Shown here piece by piece: positions 58,469 through 64,000 of a stretch of 64,000 nt of DNA. The notes under the pieces are model-generated. The model worked only from the letters and a program-made list of their open reading frames with translations. It made no database searches and had not been told where the DNA came from. Source of the DNA: an uncultured Bacilli bacterium (lineage in GTDB: Bacteria > Bacillota_I > Bacilli_A > RF39 > UBA660); the NCBI GenBank assembly GCA_910585045.1, contig CAJUCD010000006.1, forward strand, positions 12,580 to 76,579. Reading direction: 5' to 3'. How positions within the stretch are numbered: the first letter of the stretch is position 1; each line of letters begins with the position of its first letter. The translations under genes were made by a program, and so were the position numbers.

Positions 58469-59333
58469 TAAAACATTAATTGTTACAAATATTATAATAC
58501 TAGTTTGTATTATAATTGGCCTTATTTGGTTTATGTTTTGGGGCTTTAATTTAAAGTTTAATTTTGGTGGGGTAGATAAAAAAATAATTAAAACTGAAAA
58601 TTTTAAAATAGAAGATATAAAAAGTATTATAAGTGATGTTAAAAGCTATGATTTGGTACTTACAGAAGGTAAATCTGATGAAGTTAAAGTAGAATTTTAT
58701 AGTAGTGATAAGAATAAAAATAATTTAAATATTGTAAATAAAAATGGAATTTTAACTGTAGAGCAAACAGGGTCTTCGATTTGTTTTGGTTTTTGTAATA
58801 TGGATAGTGAAATAATTATTTATGTTCCGAGTGGTTTTCTTGGAAAGATAAATTTTAGTAGTAATTCTGGAGATATAGAAGTTTTAACAGATTTATTAGG
58901 TAGTGATTATAATATTAAAACTACTAGTGGAGATATTGCACTTGGTTATTTAAATACATGTAAAATTCGCAGTATAAGTGGAAGTGTAAGTATCGATAAG
59001 GGTAAATCTGTAGATATTGCTACTACTAGTGGTGATGTTATAATAGATAAATTAGAAGAAGCTTCTATTAAAACTGTAAGTGGAGAAATTGATATAAATA
59101 ATCTTTTAAGTGGTGGTAATTTTAATACAACAAGTGGAGATATTGAAATAAATAATTTTATGATAGATAAAAATACAAGATTTGAGACAACAAGTGGAGA
59201 AATTGAAATTAATCTTTTAAATGAAGCTTTGATAAATGTTAGTACAGTATCTGGCGAAAAAGATATTAAATCATCTTATGGAGAATATAAATTAGATGTT
59301 AAGACTGTAAGTGGAGATGTGAAGATTAAATAG
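58461..59333 (+). CDS. DUF4097 (LiaG-like beta-helix 'putative adhesin') protein with N-terminal TM
   Basis: Repeated TTSGDIEINN / TVSGEIDINN / TTSGDVIIDK units. Confidence 0.6.
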   Translation: MNNKTLIVTNIIILVCIIIGLIWFMFWGFNLKFNFGGVDKKIIKTENFKIEDIKSIISDVKSYDLVLTEGKSDEVKVEFYSSDKNKNNLNIVNKNGILTVEQTGSSICFGFCNMDSEIIIYVPSGFLGKINFSSNSGDIEVLTDLLGSDYNIKTTSGDIALGYLNTCKIRSISGSVSIDKGKSVDIATTSGDVIIDKLEEASIKTVSGEIDINNLLSGGNFNTTSGDIEINNFMIDKNTRFETTSGEIEINLLNEALINVSTVSGEKDIKSSYGEYKLDVKTVSGDVKIK

Positions 59334-59344
59334 GAGGCTTGTTA

Positions 59345-60175
59345 ATGGATTTTAGCAATAAAGAAGTATTGCAAGTTAATGGTAAAATTAGATATATTTG
59401 TTTTAAAGAACTATCAGAATATAAAGATTTAGTACATGCTTATACTGTAGATAATAATTATAGTTTTCGAACAGATATGTTTAATAGTAGTAATAGTTTG
59501 TCTTCTTTAGAATATCAAAAATCAAGTGATAATTATAAAATTCTTTGCCAAGATTTAGGTATAGATTATAAAAATATTGTTAAAGTAAATCAAGAACATA
59601 CGGCAAATATAGTCGTAATTAAAGATAAAAAAAATAAAGATTCTTGGTCTGTTAATAATGAAGATTATCGCAATGTAGATGGGTTAATAACAAACCAAAA
59701 GAATGTTGTATTAACAACAGTTAGTGCTGATTGTATTATTCTTTTTATGTTTGATCCTGTGAAAAAAGTTATTGCTAATATTCATTCAGGTTGGCGAGGA
59801 ACTTTAGAAGAGATAGGTATTAAAGCTTTAAAGATAATGCATAAGGAATTTGATTGTAATTTTAAAGATATAAAGATTCTTTTTAATCCTAGTATTTTGG
59901 GTGATTGTTTTGAAGTTCTTTATGATGTAAAAGAAAAGTTTTATGGGAAATTTAAGTATTTAGATAATATAGAAAAGATAATAAAAACTAAAAATGGAAA
60001 ATGGATTATAGATACTGTATTATTAAATAAAACCTTATTTTTAAATATTGGAGTTAAAGAATCTAATTTGATATGTAGTAATATTTGTACAAAATGTAAT
60101 AAAAGTTATATGCATTCTTATAGAGGTAGTATGGGACAAGGAGGTCTTAATACTGCGCTTATAATGCTTATGTAA
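59345..60175 (+). CDS. pgeF: YfiH/PgeF-family (DUF152) purine nucleoside phosphorylase / peptidoglycan editing factor
   Basis: Conserved HSGWRGT and Cys/His pattern; AGGAGG RBS. Confidence 0.7.
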   Translation: MDFSNKEVLQVNGKIRYICFKELSEYKDLVHAYTVDNNYSFRTDMFNSSNSLSSLEYQKSSDNYKILCQDLGIDYKNIVKVNQEHTANIVVIKDKKNKDSWSVNNEDYRNVDGLITNQKNVVLTTVSADCIILFMFDPVKKVIANIHSGWRGTLEEIGIKALKIMHKEFDCNFKDIKILFNPSILGDCFEVLYDVKEKFYGKFKYLDNIEKIIKTKNGKWIIDTVLLNKTLFLNIGVKESNLICSNICTKCNKSYMHSYRGSMGQGGLNTALIMLM

Positions 60176-60250
60176 CAGAAATGTAATATTAGATAAATTG
60201 CAGAATTCGACAATTTATGATAAAATAAAGCTAGAACTTGGGGTAGTGCT

Positions 60251-61810
60251 ATGTTAAGAAGACTTGAGTTTAAAAAGCGTGGTAAAAATGCTTTTTATCG
60301 AAATTGGAAATCCTGTATTTTGATTTGTTTTGTTTTTGCGATATTAGTTGGTGGAACAGTAATAAGTATTAGAAATACAGAAGTAAATAGTGAAATTAAT
60401 GTTAGTGTTTGGAATTTAAAGGGAGATAATAATTCAGAGATTGTTAATGATTTTATTAATGGAATTACAGGCAAAAGTCCTATAGAAAGTGAATTCTTAA
60501 ATAATACTAAAGGGGTATTAGGAACTATTTCTAATAATGTTTCTAAAACAGGTTCTTTTCTCTTTGGAATTTTAAATGCTTTAAATCAAGCGTTGTTTAA
60601 AGATAGAGTTTGGGCAAGTGTTATTATAATTATTGGAGCTAGTCTCTCTTTCTTATACTGGGTTTTTGGTAGTAAAGTTTTAGAAGTAGGAAAAGCAAGG
60701 TTTTTCTTAGAAAATAGAAAATATACTAAAACAAAAGCTAATAAGATGATTTTACCTTATAGAATAGGAAAGACTACACATATAGCTTATACAATGTTTG
60801 TTAAAAATATTTATAATATTTTGTGGTATTTGACATTAGTTGGTGGAGTAATTAAATCTTATAGTTATATGATGGTGCCATATATTTTAGCAGAAAACCC
60901 AAAAATTAAAACTCGAGATGCTATAAAGTTATCAAGAGATATGATGAATGGTTATAAATGGGAAGTTTTTAAATTAGATTTGTCTTTTATTGGTTGGGGA
61001 ATTTTAGGAATAATTACTTTTAATATTTCTAATTTAGTATTTACTACTCCTTATATGAATGCAACTAAAGCAGAAATTTATATGTATTTAAGAGATTTAG
61101 CTAAAACTAGAGGCATTAAAAATGCTAAATTACTAAAAGATACTAATTTAGAAGGAGATATAGTATTAGGAGAATATCCAGTTTATGATTATATGCTTAA
61201 GAGTTCGAAACCAAGAAAATGGTTAACTTTTAATTATAATCGAGATTATTCTTTTTGGAATATAGTTTTATTATTTTTTGCTTTTGCCTTTTTAGGATGG
61301 ATTTGGGAAGTATTACTATTTTTATTTCAAACAGGTTCATTTGTTAATAGAGGAGCACTGCATGGACCTTGGCTTCCTATTTATGGTGCTGGTGGCATAG
61401 CTATGTTGGTATTACTAAAAAAGGTTCGTAAAAATCCTTTTGTGTATTTTATCTTTGCTATGATTGTTAGTGGCATAATTGAGTATTTTACAAGTGTTTA
61501 TTTAGAAATTGTTCATCATATGGCATGGTGGGATTATACTGGTTTCTTTTTAAATATTAATGGAAGGGTATGTTTAGAAGGCTTAATGTTATTTGGAATT
61601 TGTGGTGTGGCAGTTACTTATGTGTTAGCTCCAGTGATAGCTAATGTCTTAGATAAAATAGATAAAAATATTAAAATGTTTTTGTGTGTAGGTTTGGTTT
61701 TATTAATAGCAGGTGATTTTTATATTTCTGGAAAAAATCCAAATATTGGTGAAGGAGTAACAACAGAAGTAGTAGAAAATAGTAAAATTAAAGATAGATT
61801 AAGGAACTGA
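60251..61810 (+). CDS. hypothetical polytopic membrane protein (two-domain)
   Basis: Multiple TM helices in both halves; C-terminal half has WWDYTGFF similar to CmpB/DUF1113-type membrane proteins. Confidence 0.45.
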   Translation: MLRRLEFKKRGKNAFYRNWKSCILICFVFAILVGGTVISIRNTEVNSEINVSVWNLKGDNNSEIVNDFINGITGKSPIESEFLNNTKGVLGTISNNVSKTGSFLFGILNALNQALFKDRVWASVIIIIGASLSFLYWVFGSKVLEVGKARFFLENRKYTKTKANKMILPYRIGKTTHIAYTMFVKNIYNILWYLTLVGGVIKSYSYMMVPYILAENPKIKTRDAIKLSRDMMNGYKWEVFKLDLSFIGWGILGIITFNISNLVFTTPYMNATKAEIYMYLRDLAKTRGIKNAKLLKDTNLEGDIVLGEYPVYDYMLKSSKPRKWLTFNYNRDYSFWNIVLLFFAFAFLGWIWEVLLFLFQTGSFVNRGALHGPWLPIYGAGGIAMLVLLKKVRKNPFVYFIFAMIVSGIIEYFTSVYLEIVHHMAWWDYTGFFLNINGRVCLEGLMLFGICGVAVTYVLAPVIANVLDKIDKNIKMFLCVGLVLLIAGDFYISGKNPNIGEGVTTEVVENSKIKDRLRN

Positions 61811-61866
61811 AAAATATTTTTTCAGTTTTTCTTTTGTTAAAGACATGATATAATAAAGTATATTAT

Positions 61867-62202
61867 ATGGGAGGTATTATGGATTGGTGTTTTAAATTAA
61901 AAGAGTCGTGGCTAAAAAAAGATGTAAAGAACATTTTGGAATTATTTTCCGAAGATGTTGTTTACTATGAATCTCCTTTTTGTAAGATAGATAATTTATT
62001 AGAAGTTTGGGAAGAAATTAAAAGTCAAGAAATAAAAAGATTAGATTATGAAATATTATGCGAGAATAATAATGTTATAATTGCTAATTTTAAATTGGAA
62101 GATCAATTAGGATATACTGATATGATATATGAAATAAGATTAAATCAGGATAAGAAGTGTAATTATTTTAAGCAGTGGTATATGGTAAATAATGTTTGTT
62201 AA
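61867..62202 (+). CDS. hypothetical protein (NTF2/SnoaL-like?)
   Basis: ORF with GGGAGG RBS. Confidence 0.35.
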   Translation: MGGIMDWCFKLKESWLKKDVKNILELFSEDVVYYESPFCKIDNLLEVWEEIKSQEIKRLDYEILCENNNVIIANFKLEDQLGYTDMIYEIRLNQDKKCNYFKQWYMVNNVC

Positions 62203-62253
62203 ATGATAATTTTTGTGATAAAATATTTTTTTAGAAAAAAGGAGGGCTAAATT

Positions 62254-63561
62254 ATGAGAAAGTGTGTTTGTTTAATTGGAAAGCCTAATGTAGGTAAATC
62301 AACGATTTTTAATAAATTAATTAAAGAAAAAAAATCTATTATAATGGATGAGCCTGGTGTTACTAGAGATAGAATATATGGGGTAGCAAATTATAAAGAT
62401 AAAAAGTTTTCAGTTATAGATACTGGTGGTTTGGTTGATGAAACTAATGATTTTAATAAAGAAATAAAAATGCAAGCGGAATTAGCAATTGATGAAGCTG
62501 ATGTTATATTATTTGTTGTTGATGGAAAATATGGTTTAGATAATAGTGATTATTTTATTCGTGATATGTTAATAAAAACTCAAAAAGAAGTTATTGTGGT
62601 AGTTAATAAAATAGATAATGATAAAAGAAAAGATGCTATATATGAATTTTATGAACTTGGTTTTCCTATAGTTTTAAGTGTAAGTGCTGAACATAATTTG
62701 GGCTTTAATGAGCTATTAGAACAAATTGTAAAGGATATAAATGTAACTGATGAAGAAAAAGAGACAATTCCAAGATTTTGTCTTATAGGAAGACCTAATG
62801 TAGGTAAGAGTAGTCTTATAAATGCTATTTTGAATGAAGAACGAGCAATAGTTAGTGATATTGCAGGAACAACTAGAGATTCTATAGATACTAAATTTAC
62901 TTATGATAAAAAAGAGTATATTGCTATAGATACCGCAGGTTTAAGAAAAAAAGGGCGTATTTATGAAAATGTGGAAAAATTTAGTTATATTAGAAGTATG
63001 CGAGCTATTGATGAAGCTGATGTATGCGTAGTAGTTATAAGTGCGCTTGAAGGAATATTAGAGCATGATAAGCATATTTTAGGATATGCCTTAGAATCAG
63101 GTAAAGGGGTAGTTTTAGTAGTTAATAAGTGGGATACAGTAGATAATCCTGATTTAGATATTAAAAAGTGGAAACTTAAAATTAAAAATGAATTTCAATT
63201 TGCTGATTATTTAAAAGTAGTATTTTTATCAGCTAAAACACGTAAGAGAATTCATACTTTAATGCCTGAGATAATTGATGCTTATAATAATAATCAAAAA
63301 ATTATTAAAACTAGTTTATTAAATAATGTTATTACAGAAGCAGTAAGTCTTAATGCACCTCCTTCTTATAAAGGAAAAAGATTAAAAATATATTTTGTAA
63401 GTCAAACTGATATTAAACCACCTAAATTTACTTTGCAAGTTAATAATAAAGGTTTAGTTCATTTTAGTTATGAACGTTATTTAGAAAATAAATTACGAGA
63501 AACTTTTGATTTTAGTGGAACTCCAATTACATTCCAGTTTAAAAATAAAGGAGATAAATAA
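62254..63561 (+). CDS. der: GTPase Der/EngA (tandem GTP-binding domains plus KH-like)
   Basis: Two G domains (GKPNVGKSTIFN...DTGG...NKID; GRPNVGKSSLIN...DTAG...NKWD). Confidence 0.9.
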   Translation: MRKCVCLIGKPNVGKSTIFNKLIKEKKSIIMDEPGVTRDRIYGVANYKDKKFSVIDTGGLVDETNDFNKEIKMQAELAIDEADVILFVVDGKYGLDNSDYFIRDMLIKTQKEVIVVVNKIDNDKRKDAIYEFYELGFPIVLSVSAEHNLGFNELLEQIVKDINVTDEEKETIPRFCLIGRPNVGKSSLINAILNEERAIVSDIAGTTRDSIDTKFTYDKKEYIAIDTAGLRKKGRIYENVEKFSYIRSMRAIDEADVCVVVISALEGILEHDKHILGYALESGKGVVLVVNKWDTVDNPDLDIKKWKLKIKNEFQFADYLKVVFLSAKTRKRIHTLMPEIIDAYNNNQKIIKTSLLNNVITEAVSLNAPPSYKGKRLKIYFVSQTDIKPPKFTLQVNNKGLVHFSYERYLENKLRETFDFSGTPITFQFKNKGDK

Positions 63562-63579
63562 AAAAGTAAATAATCATTT

Positions 63580-63846
63580 CTAATTATTTACTTTTTTTTC
63601 TTTTTCATCAATTCTTTTCTTTTGTATGATATGAGCTTCGTTATAAGCTAATAAATCATTGGCGTCAATACCTAATTTTGAAGCAATATATTCAACATTT
63701 TCAATAGTAAGATTAACTTCACCACGTTCAGCACAAGCATAATATTTAGGTGAAAGACCCATATTAGTATAAAATACTTCTTGGCTTAATTTAGATTTAT
63801 AACGATAGTATTTTAAATTTATTCCAATTCTCTTTTTTAAATCCAT
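63580..63846 (-). CDS. XRE-family HTH transcriptional regulator
   Basis: HTH KLSQEVFYTNMGLSPKYYACAERGEVN. Confidence 0.65.
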   Translation of the reverse strand: MDLKKRIGINLKYYRYKSKLSQEVFYTNMGLSPKYYACAERGEVNLTIENVEYIASKLGIDANDLLAYNEAHIIQKKRIDEKEKKVNN

Positions 63847-63966
63847 CCAAACTGACTCCTCATACTTAATATTATTGATAATTTATAATAATGTCCACCT
63901 AGTTAAAACTATACAAAATTTGACATTGCAAAGTTTTTGGTATATTATATATCTAGTGGAGGATTT

Positions 63967-64000
63967 ATGGGTAAAAGTAGTACAAATGTAAATTTTAAGT
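63967..64000 (+). CDS. start of an ORF continuing beyond the window
   Basis: AGTGGAGGA RBS then ATGGGTAAAAGTAGT... Confidence 0.3.
   Translation, partial: MGKSSTNVNFK

Overview
AT-rich chromosomal segment from a low-GC, spore-forming Firmicute. The sporulation and spore-coat synteny supports that assignment: rpsT-gpr-spoIIP, a SpoVID-like/YsxE-like pair, and yutD/nifU-like/S1 genes. It is mostly core genome: lysS 3' end, addB-addA, lemA + DUF2207, murG-murB-divIB, queH, rlmD, rpmB, der, and a six-gene tRNA region (Leu, Ser, fMet, Asp, Phe) plus isolated tRNA-Asn and tRNA-Leu(GAG). The most unusual feature is an eight-gene operon (~2.69-12.79 kb) that sits between a consensus sigma-A promoter and a rho-independent terminator. 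It encodes a CpaF/TadA-family ATPase, two TadB/TadC-like platform proteins and a CpaB-like protein. These are co-transcribed with a 1242-aa extremely cysteine-rich secreted protein, a secreted C-terminally anchored protein, a membrane-anchored SH3b+M15 (VanY-like) peptidoglycan hydrolase, and a two-helix cysteine-tailed pilin-like protein. No recognisable Flp prepilin, TadV peptidase or TadZ is present. I read this as a divergent, possibly undescribed Tad-like (type IVc-like) secretion or surface-filament system. Secondary points of interest are a consensus promoter with a G10 homopolymer in its spacer driving an amidoligase (PF12224-like) + AIG2/GGCT pair, an integrase-remnant/att-like scar near 47.85-48.25 kb that shares a trailer element with tRNA-Asn, and an orphan GspE/ComGA-type ATPase. 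No CRISPR array or rRNA was seen.
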